The notes: a model not told the origin generated them from the letters alone. A stretch of DNA of 20,000 nucleotides from an uncultured virus (IMG/VR IMGVR_UViG_3300027732_002873) (IMGVR_UViG_3300027732_002873:57436-77435); one strand, 5' to 3'; numbered from the stretch's first letter, positions 1-8,710 are shown. Numbers and translations are program-made.

Positions 1-57
1 GATCATTGTGCGATCACTGTGCGTAAGTGTAACAACATTAGAACACCAATTAGGCAT
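1..57 (-). CDS. 5' part of a DUF1281/YubB ferredoxin-like family phage protein (runs off the window)
   Basis: Manual translation MPNWCSNVVTLTHSDRTMI...; the MPNWCxN start is typical of this family; SD AAGGAG at 65-70. Confidence 0.65.
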   Translation of the reverse strand, partial: MPNWCSNVVTLTHSDRTMI

Positions 58-175
58 ACGCAATCTCCTTGACATAGTAACCGCTATAGGGATAGTTTTC
101 GTGTAGCCATTCAAGTAGGCCTGGTTCCCAGGGATAGTTGATACTGCCTTCCCGATTTGTAATAAATTTAATCAT
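50..175 (-). CDS. Hypothetical protein, 41 aa
   Basis: Manual translation MIKFITNREGSINYPWEPGLLEWLHENYPYSGYYVKEIAYA; ATGA overlap with the upstream stop; below the ORF-track cutoff. Confidence 0.65.
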   Translation of the reverse strand: MIKFITNREGSINYPWEPGLLEWLHENYPYSGYYVKEIAYA

Positions 176-369
176 GCCATTTTATCTACGTTTTGTCCAT
201 TGCGATTCATACGACAATTCATTTCCATGCGTTTTTGTTCTGCAATAGTTGCATTTTCTTTAGCTCTGCGCTCTTCAAGCACTCGCTCTGTGTGACGAAT
301 GTCTGCTTGTTTAGCCAAATTACGATTATATATCTCAATCGATTGTTGAGAAATTCTGCTTACTTCCAT
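172..369 (-). CDS. Hypothetical protein, 65 aa
   Basis: Track ORF 172..387; ATG at 369 follows AAGGA and the upstream stop. Confidence 0.7.
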   Translation of the reverse strand: MEVSRISQQSIEIYNRNLAKQADIRHTERVLEERRAKENATIAEQKRMEMNCRMNRNGQNVDKMA

Positions 370-370
370 T

Positions 371-1042
371 TTAGATCCTTTTGACACGGGTTAACCAAGT
401 TTCCTTGACACCAGTGTATTTGTCAACGTCATGACGCTTTACACTTCCTTTAACACGAATCTTTTCGTTGGCAGGGAAAATATCCTTGCCATGTGCTGTG
501 GAGAACTTAAATATATTTACTCCATCTGTAGCAGTATTGATAAAAATATTATAGTTTTTGCTATAAAATGTATCAATAATTTCTACGTCAAGTTCGTGCT
601 TGCTGGCTTCTGTGCCAACGAACATTGAAGTGGCCATGAATGTTTGTTTCTTTTCCTGCTTGACTTCACGCTCAAGGTCCTTACGATATGTCTGCACTAA
701 ACAGGACATGCAAGCGATTTCATATTTTCCCACTGACTCCATGGCAACAATATTAGCAATGGTGGCCATAAAGCCGTTGGCAATCGGACCTGACAAAGTT
801 TTAAACAGTAGGCCTGAAAAATGCTTGGCAAGTTTTTCACCAAACTCTTTATCTTCATCTGTAAGGGCACCGGGATTTTCGCAGAGGCTCATGGCCAAGT
901 CTTTGTTAAACTTGGCGCCTTCTGGAAAGGGGTGAGTATTTTGATTGATATATCGGCCTTCGTTGATACGATCGGCGGCAGAGATAGCCGACCATGCAAG
1001 GCTAATGGGAAAAGATACTTTTTTACTAGTTGAGTATGCCAT
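371..1042 (-). CDS. Phage protein with a probable C-terminal OB-fold (nucleic-acid binding)
   Basis: 223 aa; beta-rich C-terminus FVG...IRVKGSVKRH...ETWLTRVK resembles phage OB-fold domains; has its own sigma70 promoter. Confidence 0.6.
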   Translation of the reverse strand: MAYSTSKKVSFPISLAWSAISAADRINEGRYINQNTHPFPEGAKFNKDLAMSLCENPGALTDEDKEFGEKLAKHFSGLLFKTLSGPIANGFMATIANIVAMESVGKYEIACMSCLVQTYRKDLEREVKQEKKQTFMATSMFVGTEASKHELDVEIIDTFYSKNYNIFINTATDGVNIFKFSTAHGKDIFPANEKIRVKGSVKRHDVDKYTGVKETWLTRVKRI

Positions 1043-1070
1043 ACAACCCCCGTTTTGTTACAATACAAGT

Positions 1071-1099
1071 ATTATAGCATAACAGGGAGTTTATGTCAA
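1071..1099 (-). promoter_or_regulatory. Early sigma70 promoter (copy 1, divergent spacer)
   Basis: TTGACA (1099-1094), 17-nt spacer, TGcTATAAT extended -10 (1076-1071); upstream TAA abuts the -35. Confidence 0.85.
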
Positions 1100-1393
1100 T
1101 TAAATTGTTTCTTTAGCCGCAAAACTCTCTGTTATATTATTATTATAATTGTACAGCTTTCTTGTCGAAATTCCGTTTTGAATAGTATCATCACTGATAA
1201 AACTTGCATATGCCTCAAAATCTGGGTATATTATAGTATATGTTCTGACCAATCCATTTGCACTATCTTGAAAAGATGACGTACGATTATGATTAGTTGA
1301 CATGTATGCGAAGTGTGTCTCTGCTTGTGCGGTGCTATTGAACCACGGTGTGTTTGTGCTCTGACGTGTATAAGATTTAGTTACTTTAACCAT
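1100..1393 (-). CDS. Hypothetical protein, 97 aa
   Basis: ORF with SD AAGGAG; GATAAATA late-like motif at 1422-1429. Confidence 0.75.
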   Translation of the reverse strand: MVKVTKSYTRQSTNTPWFNSTAQAETHFAYMSTNHNRTSSFQDSANGLVRTYTIIYPDFEAYASFISDDTIQNGISTRKLYNYNNNITESFAAKETI

Positions 1394-1469
1394 ATCTACT
1401 TCTCCTTAGTTATTTGTTAATTATTTATCTTTTTCTATTAAATAGACAATTTTGTTGGCGAAGCAGGTA

Positions 1470-1477
1470 TATAAATA
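1470..1477 (+). promoter_or_regulatory. T4-type late promoter TATAAATA
   Basis: Exact T4 gp55 consensus just before ATGATG (1480/1483); no SD. Confidence 0.65.
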
Positions 1478-1479
1478 AT

Positions 1480-1980
1480 ATGATGAATAAACTGTTTATA
1501 CAAGAAACTACATACGATTTCCTTAAGACTTTTGAAGATATATTGTTGCAAGACAATGTATTTTTAGATACTTCATTTTACACTAATGGTATAGAAAAAG
1601 AAGATGCCAATCATTGGTATTTTATAGCCAAGATTAACGATGAATTCGCAGGGTGTAGTGCCTTAGTTAAATATTTCAACATCAATGATCAAACATGGAA
1701 AATCTATCATAGATTATCATATACGGTTCCTAAATTTAGGAAAATGGGTGTTTGGAATGCGTTGATGGAATTCAAAGTCAAATTGTGTCACGAAAACAAA
1801 CTAAACAATAGTGATAAAACATCACATCATGTTTCATGTGATCTAAGTGATTGGAGATATAGAAAAACCGGTTGGCGCCTACACGGTGCCAAAGAACTTC
1901 AATTAAAAGATAAAAGAATTTTTCAAGCTACTTGGTTTTTAGATTGGATCGAACTTAAAAAATTATATAACCTGGAATAG
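1480..1980 (+). CDS. GNAT-family acetyltransferase
   Basis: Acetyl-CoA motif A-like YTVPKFRKMGVWNALM preceded by FIAKINDEFAGC beta strands; start moved from 1414 to the ATG after the late motif. Confidence 0.7.
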   Translation: MMNKLFIQETTYDFLKTFEDILLQDNVFLDTSFYTNGIEKEDANHWYFIAKINDEFAGCSALVKYFNINDQTWKIYHRLSYTVPKFRKMGVWNALMEFKVKLCHENKLNNSDKTSHHVSCDLSDWRYRKTGWRLHGAKELQLKDKRIFQATWFLDWIELKKLYNLE

Positions 1981-1981
1981 G

Positions 1982-2338
1982 TTATCTAGTCATGCAACTT
2001 TGATAGTGCTGGCGAGCATCCTCTATGCACATAGCACGGGTATCTCGGTATTGCATGTTCCAACAATTACGTTCTCGGTCTGCGTATTGTTGGCATTGAT
2101 AACTGCGATTTGGCACAATGACTTGTCGCTCCACATACACGGTTTGGCCACGCTGAGTTGGTTGTTGGCCACCAATTATTGTTCCTACACCAGCGCCAAG
2201 AATGGCACCGCCAGTGCCACCAAGCTGACGACCAATTACTCCGCCGACGACTGCACCAGTTAATTCATTACTTTGCTGATGTGTGGCACAACCCGAAAGG
2301 GCAATTAGTACTAAAGTACCATATACTATTTTACGCAT
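1982..2338 (-). CDS. Glycine-zipper outer-membrane lipoprotein
   Basis: Signal peptide with lipobox LSG-C; GAVVGGVIG...GAILGAGVGTIIGG zipper; four Cys in the C-terminal region. Confidence 0.8.
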   Translation of the reverse strand: MRKIVYGTLVLIALSGCATHQQSNELTGAVVGGVIGRQLGGTGGAILGAGVGTIIGGQQPTQRGQTVYVERQVIVPNRSYQCQQYADRERNCWNMQYRDTRAMCIEDARQHYQSCMTR

Positions 2339-2690
2339 AATCAACTTCCTTTACATGTTTACAAGATTTTCTAAATTGAAATCCACTGCAAGTGCAATGA
2401 CTTTTACCAGAATTAACTGTTACTGTATAAGTATCGCCTTTACTGCCTTTGACAGTAAAAGTTTTAACCGTAGATTCTTTTTGTTCTATTGTTTGATTAT
2501 TTATTGAAACAATAGTTGACCTATTTAATACTCTAAATGGGAATTCTGGATTGCCAGTGCTCAACGCAATCTGTCCTGGATTTAGCCATTTGACCTGTAC
2601 CTCATCACCTTCATATTCGAAGAATTCGGGTTGGTCAAACATCCAAATGCCAGGACGATTAAACTGCGGATTTTGTACTTTAACTTTCAT
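2331..2690 (-). CDS. SWIM zinc-finger protein
   Basis: GSKGDTYTV...CTCSGFQFRKSCKH (CxC-xn-CxH). Confidence 0.8.
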   Translation of the reverse strand: MKVKVQNPQFNRPGIWMFDQPEFFEYEGDEVQVKWLNPGQIALSTGNPEFPFRVLNRSTIVSINNQTIEQKESTVKTFTVKGSKGDTYTVTVNSGKSHCTCSGFQFRKSCKHVKEVDYA

Positions 2691-2696
2691 ATGTAA

Positions 2697-2725
2697 AGTA
2701 TAACACCAAAATCAATTCATGTCAA
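2697..2725 (-). promoter_or_regulatory. Early sigma70 promoter (copy 2), probably giving a leaderless mRNA
   Basis: TTGACA (2725-2720), N17, TATACT (2702-2697); ATG at 2690 lies at the expected start site; no SD. Confidence 0.8.
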
Positions 2726-3241
2726 TTAAAGTTTAGCACCCAGTTTGGTCAACTGCTCGCGTAGAATTTCTTCCACAAATTCGTTGAATGTCAAATCACG
2801 CTCATGTGCCATTTTCATCAAAGTAAAGACCAAGTCGTCTTCCAAGTCCAAAGGAATAACAACACGAGTATCATAGTCCTCACCTGCAACAATGGCCAAG
2901 GCCTTTTGAATCCAATCATCATCTGTTTCCAAATCAACATAGTTGACATCGTCCCATGCTTGGTTCAATGCCACGTTTCGGTCAGTGCTTTCAGTGTCAC
3001 GTTCTGATTTGAAATCAGGATTGACTAAACGATAAGCACGTTGAGCCCTATAATCATGACTTTGAACTTCGTAGACAACTTGTGTCTTTGTATCAAAGAT
3101 GACTGTGAAGCTATTCCCGTCTTGTTCACCGCTCCAACTGTCTAGACTGTAAGAGTCTGCTCCATAGCAATCCCAGCAAAAGTTGCTGCCTTCAGTAACA
3201 CGATACTCGACCACTTCCATCCATTCTTTTAGCGTAATCAT
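2726..3241 (-). CDS. Conserved-looking phage hypothetical protein, 171 aa
   Basis: ORF with SD AAGGA; acidic; C-terminal helix pair could be ribbon-helix-helix-like. Confidence 0.8.
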   Translation of the reverse strand: MITLKEWMEVVEYRVTEGSNFCWDCYGADSYSLDSWSGEQDGNSFTVIFDTKTQVVYEVQSHDYRAQRAYRLVNPDFKSERDTESTDRNVALNQAWDDVNYVDLETDDDWIQKALAIVAGEDYDTRVVIPLDLEDDLVFTLMKMAHERDLTFNEFVEEILREQLTKLGAKL

Positions 3242-3249
3242 ATTTGTCC

Positions 3250-4098
3250 TTAAATGTTAATAAACTTAGTTTTGTCCCAACCACTGTCTGGCTCGTGTCC
3301 TTCATATCCTCTAGGATTGCAAAAAACACGAGTCTCACCTATAACATAATCAAAACAATAATGAGTATGTCCATGTGTCCATATTACAATCTGCGGATGA
3401 TCTAATATAAACTCTTCTAATCTGCTATGATAAGCACCATTCATAATAGACTCGTCTTTATACATCTCATGAGTGCTTAAATGACTGGGACTATGATGCC
3501 CAACTACCACGCACTTCTTGTCCTTATGTTCTGTGACAATCTGTTTAATATAACCCAAAGTCTGTGTATGGCGAACAACAGTGTCTTCGGGTTTTAAATT
3601 AGTAAAGCCTGCTTTATCTTTTTTAATAACTCTAAAGTCGTTCATCATATCACGCACAGCATGAAGTGTCAACGGATCGTGCTTGTTCATATCTGTCCAA
3701 AGAGTGCCGCCGACAAATACCACATCATCGATGACTTTCATATCTCGTTCTAGAAAATATACATTGTTGAACTTAGCACATTCTTCACGTAGATGATCCA
3801 AGCTGGCATCCCATCTTCCGTGATAGAATTCATGATTACCTGCCACATAAACTACATGCGGGAATTGAAAACTGCAACGTTTTAGGAAATCACGGAATCG
3901 CTTGGCCACGGCTTGTCTACGACCCAAGTTATCCAAATTGACATTACTGTACATACCATAACTAGACTCGGGATGGTCGTGCAGGTCCTCGGCTGTCATA
4001 ATGTCGCCGCTGAGGATGAGAACATCACAGTTCTCATCATTGGGAATATTAACGTCACTGAACTCTAAGTGTAGATCAGAGACAACTTTGATTTTCAT
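3250..4098 (-). CDS. Calcineurin-like metallophosphoesterase
   Basis: Motifs SDLH, GD, GNHE, HH, GHTH. Confidence 0.9.
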   Translation of the reverse strand: MKIKVVSDLHLEFSDVNIPNDENCDVLILSGDIMTAEDLHDHPESSYGMYSNVNLDNLGRRQAVAKRFRDFLKRCSFQFPHVVYVAGNHEFYHGRWDASLDHLREECAKFNNVYFLERDMKVIDDVVFVGGTLWTDMNKHDPLTLHAVRDMMNDFRVIKKDKAGFTNLKPEDTVVRHTQTLGYIKQIVTEHKDKKCVVVGHHSPSHLSTHEMYKDESIMNGAYHSRLEEFILDHPQIVIWTHGHTHYCFDYVIGETRVFCNPRGYEGHEPDSGWDKTKFINI

Positions 4099-4319
4099 TT
4101 TGAAAGTTTATTTATTAGACGCTCATGCATCCATTCTTCTTCACCGGAAAACTTTGGTGACTTTTCAATTAGGTCCTCAAGAAGAAACTTAATTTCCATT
4201 AAGTCCTTCTTAATTTCAAATTGTGTGAAGCCGTCATTTCCAGGATAACAGCATTCACGACTCATCATCTGGAGGTCACCTTTAATTTTGCTAACACTCC
4301 AAGACACGTTAAATCCCAT
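4095..4319 (-). CDS. Hypothetical protein, 74 aa
   Basis: ORF coupled to both neighbours (TAATG and ATGA overlaps). Confidence 0.75.
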   Translation of the reverse strand: MGFNVSWSVSKIKGDLQMMSRECCYPGNDGFTQFEIKKDLMEIKFLLEDLIEKSPKFSGEEEWMHERLINKLSK

Positions 4320-4498
4320 TATGCAAAGCTGTATGGCTTGCGAACTTTAACTCGCTTGGATTTACCCAAGTTAGTTTTAATCTCCGCACTACGGTCCTGT
4401 AGCCACGATTCCTTTTCTGCCTCGGCCTTTGCTGATTGGAAGTCTTCAAACACTTTGCGGAATTTGCCACAAGTTACTGTCCAAGTCATATTTGACAT
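4319..4498 (-). CDS. Hypothetical basic protein, 59 aa
   Basis: Manual translation MSNMTWTVTCGKFRKVFEDFQSAKAEAEKES...KPYSFA; SD AGGA; directly downstream of promoter copy 3. Confidence 0.7.
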   Translation of the reverse strand: MSNMTWTVTCGKFRKVFEDFQSAKAEAEKESWLQDRSAEIKTNLGKSKRVKVRKPYSFA

Positions 4499-4531
4499 TT
4501 TACTATCCTATTAAATTAAAAACACAGCCTA

Positions 4532-4561
4532 ATTATAACACTAATTCAAGTGGGCTGTCAA
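4532..4561 (-). promoter_or_regulatory. Early sigma70 promoter (copy 3, divergent spacer)
   Basis: TTGACA (4561-4556), N18, TGtTATAAT (4537-4532). Confidence 0.75.
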
Positions 4562-4569
4562 CACTTAAA

Positions 4570-4890
4570 TTATTTAAAATCAAACATTTTCATTTGAGTT
4601 TCATCAGCAACCACTGCTTTGCCTTTGAACCTAGCTTCACAACGTTGCTTGACTTCTTCAAAGTTACTGCCTTGTGCAATAAATTCTCGGGTATCTTTTT
4701 CGTACAAATAAAACATATTATCATGTTTTTCAATGTCGACGCGAATAAAATTATTTTTAATTTGATCAGCCATTCCTTTGATCTCTTCTTCTAAAATGAT
4801 ATTCTTAGCAGTAAGATACTTTTGCCATATTTTTATAACCAGCCAAAATACAACTACCCAAAAGATTGTATCAGTGAAGAAGTCCATCAT
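4570..4890 (-). CDS. Hypothetical protein with an N-terminal membrane anchor, 106 aa
   Basis: [14 protein letters not shown] hydrophobic stretch; ATGA coupling to clpP. Confidence 0.75.
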   Translation of the reverse strand: MMDFFTDTIFWVVVFWLVIKIWQKYLTAKNIILEEEIKGMADQIKNNFIRVDIEKHDNMFYLYEKDTREFIAQGSNFEEVKQRCEARFKGKAVVADETQMKMFDFK

Positions 4891-5507
4891 GGTCGTTTGT
4901 AAATTACTTGGTCGGCCAAACCGCTTGCCACTGCTTCTTCTGCTGATAGGAAAGTATCAAACTTCATTGTAGCAAACAGTTCGTCATATGTCTTGCCAGC
5001 GGTATTGTGACGCACATACAATTCTGTCAATCTTTTGTTGATTCGCACACTTTCCTCAAAGCTACGTTTTTGATCTTCAAACTGTAGATCCTGTACGTGA
5101 ATAGATCCACTGGTGCCACGTGTGCCCGAACTAACACGATGGATCATTGTACGACTTTCTGGTAGCACAAAACGCTTACATGGTGCACCTGCCTGCGCTA
5201 GAAATGAACCCATGCTTGCTGCCTGTCCCATGACATAAGTAGATACATCTGGTTTAATAAACTGCATAGTATCGTAGATAGCCAAGCCAGCCGTTACACT
5301 GCCGCCGGGACTGTTGATAAACATTGTAATGTCTTTACCAGCATCTTCGCTTTCAAGGAACAATAGCTGACCCACGATAAGGTTAGCCATTTGATCTTCT
5401 ACTTCGCCTTCCAACATGATGATTCGGTCTCGCATTAAGCGACTATACAAATCCATGGCACGTTCTGTATTACCCGTGCGCTCTAGAACCATTGGAACTA
5501 AACTCAT
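4887..5507 (-). CDS. clpP: ATP-dependent Clp protease proteolytic subunit
   Basis: [25 protein letters not shown], catalytic Ser in AASMG, His in MIHR, Asp in [10 protein letters not shown]. Confidence 0.95.
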   Translation of the reverse strand: MSLVPMVLERTGNTERAMDLYSRLMRDRIIMLEGEVEDQMANLIVGQLLFLESEDAGKDITMFINSPGGSVTAGLAIYDTMQFIKPDVSTYVMGQAASMGSFLAQAGAPCKRFVLPESRTMIHRVSSGTRGTSGSIHVQDLQFEDQKRSFEESVRINKRLTELYVRHNTAGKTYDELFATMKFDTFLSAEEAVASGLADQVIYKRP

Positions 5508-5533
5508 AAACTTCCTTTTTGTTTTAAAAATTA

Positions 5534-5562
5534 ATTATACACTAAAATCTTTTATATGTCAA
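5534..5562 (-). promoter_or_regulatory. Early sigma70 promoter (copy 4) driving clpP
   Basis: TTGACA (5562-5557), N17, TGTATAAT (5539-5534); SD AAGGA follows. Confidence 0.85.
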
Positions 5563-5580
5563 ATCATTGATAAACTTCAT

Positions 5581-5901
5581 TTATGAAATACTAAATTCTT
5601 TTTCTAAATCTTCGTCACTATAAAAGAATCCCTGTCCTTGATCATATTTATTCTGTGACAATTCTTTGAATGCTTCTCCGTTGTAATAACGTTCTATGAC
5701 CATGCGCCAAGATTCTTCTGGGCGATCAATTAGTTCGAAACCATCGACTCGACCATAACCATCATAGGTGCCGCTGATACGATCGCCATTTTTAAACAGT
5801 ACAATAACATCGCTGGCAAAACTCCAAGGAGTTCCTTGTACTGCAACTTCTGCCATCACTGGTTTTTCAGATTTGGCACACTTCCAACTAAAAAATCCCA
5901 T
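5581..5901 (-). CDS. Hypothetical protein (GxYDGYG motif), 106 aa
   Basis: Track ORF; ATG at 5901 downstream of GGAG. Confidence 0.75.
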   Translation of the reverse strand: MGFFSWKCAKSEKPVMAEVAVQGTPWSFASDVIVLFKNGDRISGTYDGYGRVDGFELIDRPEESWRMVIERYYNGEAFKELSQNKYDQGQGFFYSDEDLEKEFSIS

Positions 5902-5903
5902 TA

Positions 5904-6137
5904 TCAAATCTCCGGAAATTTATATACTTGCCATTCAGGTTCTTCGCCAAAATGAGCTTCGGTCAACGCACGAGCCGCATCAGTGTAGCCATGATTGATT
6001 AATACTTGGATACAATCCTCGACAGTTAACTTGCCAAACTTTTCAATGGACTTGTGAGCGTAGTCATCCATTTCATCCCAACAGCCAGTGGCAGTGAGTC
6101 CGGACTGATACATCAAGTCTTCGATTCTATTATTCAT
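5904..6137 (-). CDS. Hypothetical protein, 77 aa
   Basis: Track ORF; ATGA overlap. Confidence 0.75.
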   Translation of the reverse strand: MNNRIEDLMYQSGLTATGCWDEMDDYAHKSIEKFGKLTVEDCIQVLINHGYTDAARALTEAHFGEEPEWQVYKFPEI

Positions 6138-6310
6138 TTGAATTCGTAGGAGTCAAGAATTATAGCACCGCCAATGATCAACCATAACAATGCTAGGCCA
6201 TAATTTCCTTGGACAGCGAAATTGATTCCGCTTAACACATTAACGCCGCCAATACTGTAACCAATAGCTTTGCGATTATTACCAAACCAAACAATGAATT
6301 TATCTAACAT
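6134..6310 (-). CDS. Small membrane protein, 58 aa
   Basis: Manual translation MLDKFIVWFGNNRKAIGYSIGG...LALLWLIIGGAIILDSYEFK; SD AGGAG. Confidence 0.75.
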   Translation of the reverse strand: MLDKFIVWFGNNRKAIGYSIGGVNVLSGINFAVQGNYGLALLWLIIGGAIILDSYEFK

Positions 6311-6328
6311 TTTTATCTCCTAAAAGTA

Positions 6329-6538
6329 TTACTCTTTACCACGCCAATGTTTTTCACTGACGCATACTGTTAAAATTTTGTGACGATCAACACCTTCAAT
6401 TGGGCTAGGGTATCGCCAAATACCAGTCTTGTCTTTAACACAACTATGCTCCACAGTACCTTTCATTTGAACTGCTACCTTATCCACACTTTCACCTGTG
6501 GGCAATGAAAGGAAGATAATTAAAAACCAAGTAGACAT
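6329..6538 (-). CDS. Hypothetical protein with a hydrophobic N-terminus, 69 aa
   Basis: ATG at 6538 (TAATG overlap, SD GGAGG); MSTWFLIIFLSL. Confidence 0.65.
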   Translation of the reverse strand: MSTWFLIIFLSLPTGESVDKVAVQMKGTVEHSCVKDKTGIWRYPSPIEGVDRHKILTVCVSEKHWRGKE

Positions 6539-6819
6539 TAAACAACCTCCAACATACTTGCAGGCACTCTCCAAAGTCCACGAGCAGATGAATCACGAAC
6601 CGTGACATACTTGATGGCAATCTTTTCCACAGTACCAACATAAGTCATACCATTGCGGTTGCTGGTGAACTTGACTGTACTGCCAAGGGTCACACTTCTT
6701 TTGACCTGCTTGACCAGTTGGGCACGATTAAACTTGAGCGCATCACCGATGCTGATCAGTTCCTCGTTGCTGAACTTGCCAAACATAATTGCTTTATTAA
6801 TTTCTTGAATTGTCAACAT
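6538..6819 (-). CDS. Hypothetical protein, possible SH3/KOW-like C-terminus, 93 aa
   Basis: ORF with SD AAGGA; LGSTVKF...YVGTVEKI...VTV...WRVP beta pattern. Confidence 0.75.
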   Translation of the reverse strand: MLTIQEINKAIMFGKFSNEELISIGDALKFNRAQLVKQVKRSVTLGSTVKFTSNRNGMTYVGTVEKIAIKYVTVRDSSARGLWRVPASMLEVV

Positions 6820-6829
6820 TATAAGTCCT

Positions 6830-6904
6830 TTAGATTTTAGTTAAAAGCCAAAACTTGATTGCAATAAAAACAATCACTCCGATAAACATTAGTATTGTGT
6901 CCAT
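6830..6904 (-). CDS. Putative 24-aa single-pass membrane peptide
   Basis: Manual translation MDTILMFIGVIVFIAIKFWLLTKI; fills the intergenic gap exactly. Confidence 0.5.
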   Translation of the reverse strand: MDTILMFIGVIVFIAIKFWLLTKI

Positions 6905-6906
6905 GA

Positions 6907-7086
6907 TCAATCAACTTGGACATCTGCAATTTCGCCATTTCGAAAAATGTAATAGCAGTTGACCAAACCATAGTTAACCCAAATGCAATCATTGCCTGCT
7001 TGCATATTATAATTCTTTATGCCACGCTTTTCTAAATCAATTTGCACTTGCATGACTTCAATGGGATTCAATAATTCTTTTATCAT
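6907..7086 (-). CDS. Hypothetical protein, 59 aa
   Basis: Manual translation MIKELLNPIEVMQVQIDLEKRG...YYIFRNGEIADVQVD; ATGA overlap. Confidence 0.7.
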   Translation of the reverse strand: MIKELLNPIEVMQVQIDLEKRGIKNYNMQAGNDCIWVNYGLVNCYYIFRNGEIADVQVD

Positions 7087-7349
7087 GCCAAGTTTACCTG
7101 AACATCAATGTCAACGCCTTGGAATGTACTACGAGTTCCAAAGCCTGTTGGCATGTCTTTTCTGCCTGTGCTCTTGTGCAAATCACGGTCGCATTGTAGA
7201 TGCTGTAATGCTGAAATAACTGCAACACGATATGAGCTAGTAGCAAAGTTTTCAATGTCAGAGACCTTGCAATACATGCCAAAGCCGTTGACAATAAAAC
7301 GGATCTTTTGGCTGTTATTCATTCCACTGACGATTTGTTGTTTACGCAT
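7083..7349 (-). CDS. Hypothetical early protein, 88 aa
   Basis: ATG at 7349 follows the cassette RBS AAGGA. Confidence 0.75.
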   Translation of the reverse strand: MRKQQIVSGMNNSQKIRFIVNGFGMYCKVSDIENFATSSYRVAVISALQHLQCDRDLHKSTGRKDMPTGFGTRSTFQGVDIDVQVNLA

Positions 7350-7408
7350 TTTCAAGTCCTTTTGTTGCTGTATGTATATATTATACTACCGAAACCAATT
7401 TGTGTCAA
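7350..7408 (-). repeat. Promoter-leader-RBS cassette (copy 5)
   Basis: TTGACA (7408-7403), N17, TATAAT (7385-7380), leader ATATACATACAGCAACAAAAGGACTTGAAA; near-identical to 8146-8205. Confidence 0.9.
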
Positions 7409-7750
7409 TTAATCTATATACTGCAAATCTGACAGGATTTCAGCGCAGGCCGACAACTCATATTGTTCCATGAGGTTGCTGGTTGGGCTAGAGCTTTGTG
7501 CAGGGTACTTGCTACGATGCAAAACACGATCCATCAATGTGGATTTGATGTTGTCTATGTCTGCGTGGCCTGCTTCCAATGAACCAACAATTTGATTCAG
7601 AACTTTAAGAGTTGCGGCACTGCGGAAAGCATCCAAGCCCCAAGTAAGAGCGTGAGCAGGATCTTTGTCCAGGGCCAGCTTGAACTTGGCAAGCGTGGCG
7701 TTCTGTGATTCAACTTGACGTTGGAAGCGAACTAGTAATTTATTAGACAT
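7409..7750 (-). CDS. Hypothetical protein, 113 aa
   Basis: ORF with SD AGGAG; its stop abuts the next -35. Confidence 0.8.
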   Translation of the reverse strand: MSNKLLVRFQRQVESQNATLAKFKLALDKDPAHALTWGLDAFRSAATLKVLNQIVGSLEAGHADIDNIKSTLMDRVLHRSKYPAQSSSPTSNLMEQYELSACAEILSDLQYID

Positions 7751-7761
7751 AGTGTCTCCTA

Positions 7762-8145
7762 TTAAACTGTTTGGGTTTGTTTAGCAAAGTAACGATAGGG
7801 CAAGCCCAAGGTCCAAGCAAGGTAGCTGTCGTCACCGTTGGTCTCTTCAGCTTCGTGTATCCAACGCAGGGCCATCTCATAATCTTTGGCACCAATGCTG
7901 ATCAATTCAGCAACACGGCGCTCAAACTTTTCAATGGCAAGGGCTTCTTCGATGCCTTGATGGATATCGTTGGCTTTCATCACTTCCGACAACTCAACGA
8001 ACTCTTGCTCGAATTGAGCAAGTGTCCAGGTAGAAGTATCAACGTGGCGTGGACGGAAACCATGAGCATCCTTGTACATATCCCAGAATGTGCTCTGGGC
8101 TTGTTCCAACTCTGTCATTTCTTCCCAAGTAGTAAATGTTGTCAT
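7762..8145 (-). CDS. Phage hypothetical protein (DMYKDAHGFRPR motif), 127 aa
   Basis: ATG at 8145 after the cassette RBS; the longer track ORF reads through the promoter. Confidence 0.8.
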   Translation of the reverse strand: MTTFTTWEEMTELEQAQSTFWDMYKDAHGFRPRHVDTSTWTLAQFEQEFVELSEVMKANDIHQGIEEALAIEKFERRVAELISIGAKDYEMALRWIHEAEETNGDDSYLAWTLGLPYRYFAKQTQTV

Positions 8146-8205
8146 TTTCAAGTCCTTTTTGTTGCTGTATGTGTATATTATAACGCCAAAATCAATTTGT
8201 GTCAA
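8146..8205 (-). repeat. Promoter-leader-RBS cassette (copy 6)
   Basis: TTGACA (8205-8200), N17, TATAAT (8182-8177); same leader as copy 5. Confidence 0.9.
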
Positions 8206-8637
8206 TTAAACCTTTTCAACGATGTAAGGCTTGTTCCACTTGCCAATGTTGATGTCAATGTAATGACTGCAATGAAAGTAGTCAGTTTGAGCATCTGTGT
8301 GGTCGAAGAACTCTGGACCTTTCATAGCTGAAATCATTTCAGTTAAAAACTGTTTGGCCTTGCCCGAATAGTGTTCGTGAGCCCAATAAGTATTTACATC
8401 CAGGCTTTGGTTTTTGCGAATGTGGGCAATAGTGTCTGGAGACATTTTATTTGCTACAACCTTGTCTGCATCAGTTTTGATGTAGTTTTCGATAAAGTCA
8501 ATCTTGCCTGACTTGACGTTTAGAACAAGTGTAGAGTGATGACGAACTGCAATAGACGCTTTAATACCATGCTTCTTGCAGATAGCTTTGATTGTGGGTG
8601 ATAACTTTGACTTCAATTCTTGGGAAACGTATGCCAT
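8206..8637 (-). CDS. Phage protein, possibly LPD29-like
   Basis: 143 aa; KASIAVRHHSTL N-terminal strand and D-x-x-TDYF...YIDINIG C-terminal motif recall LPD29-type domains (from memory). Confidence 0.6.
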   Translation of the reverse strand: MAYVSQELKSKLSPTIKAICKKHGIKASIAVRHHSTLVLNVKSGKIDFIENYIKTDADKVVANKMSPDTIAHIRKNQSLDVNTYWAHEHYSGKAKQFLTEMISAMKGPEFFDHTDAQTDYFHCSHYIDINIGKWNKPYIVEKV

Positions 8638-8710
8638 CTTCGACTCCTGTTTTGTTGCTGTATGTGTATATTATACTACCAAAATCAATTTGTGTCAATT
8701 AAATGGATTT
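8638..8710 (-). repeat. Promoter-leader-RBS cassette (copy 7) with a stem-loop around the -35
   Basis: TTGACA (8698-8693), N17, TATAAT (8675-8670), AGGAG; arms 8682-8691 and 8701-8710 are 9/10 complementary. Confidence 0.9.

Noticed and set aside
88..139. AGGGATAGTT direct repeat and CCTGG/CCAGG hairpin as an RNA element
   Set aside because: Lies inside the 41-aa ORF and is explained by a repeated NYP peptide; too short to support
7771..8331. Plus-strand 186-aa ORF and similar antisense ORFs (600..935, 4429..4794, 7108..7473, 14546..14857)
   Set aside because: Shadow frames opposite minus-strand genes that have promoter and RBS support; some read through promoter repeats
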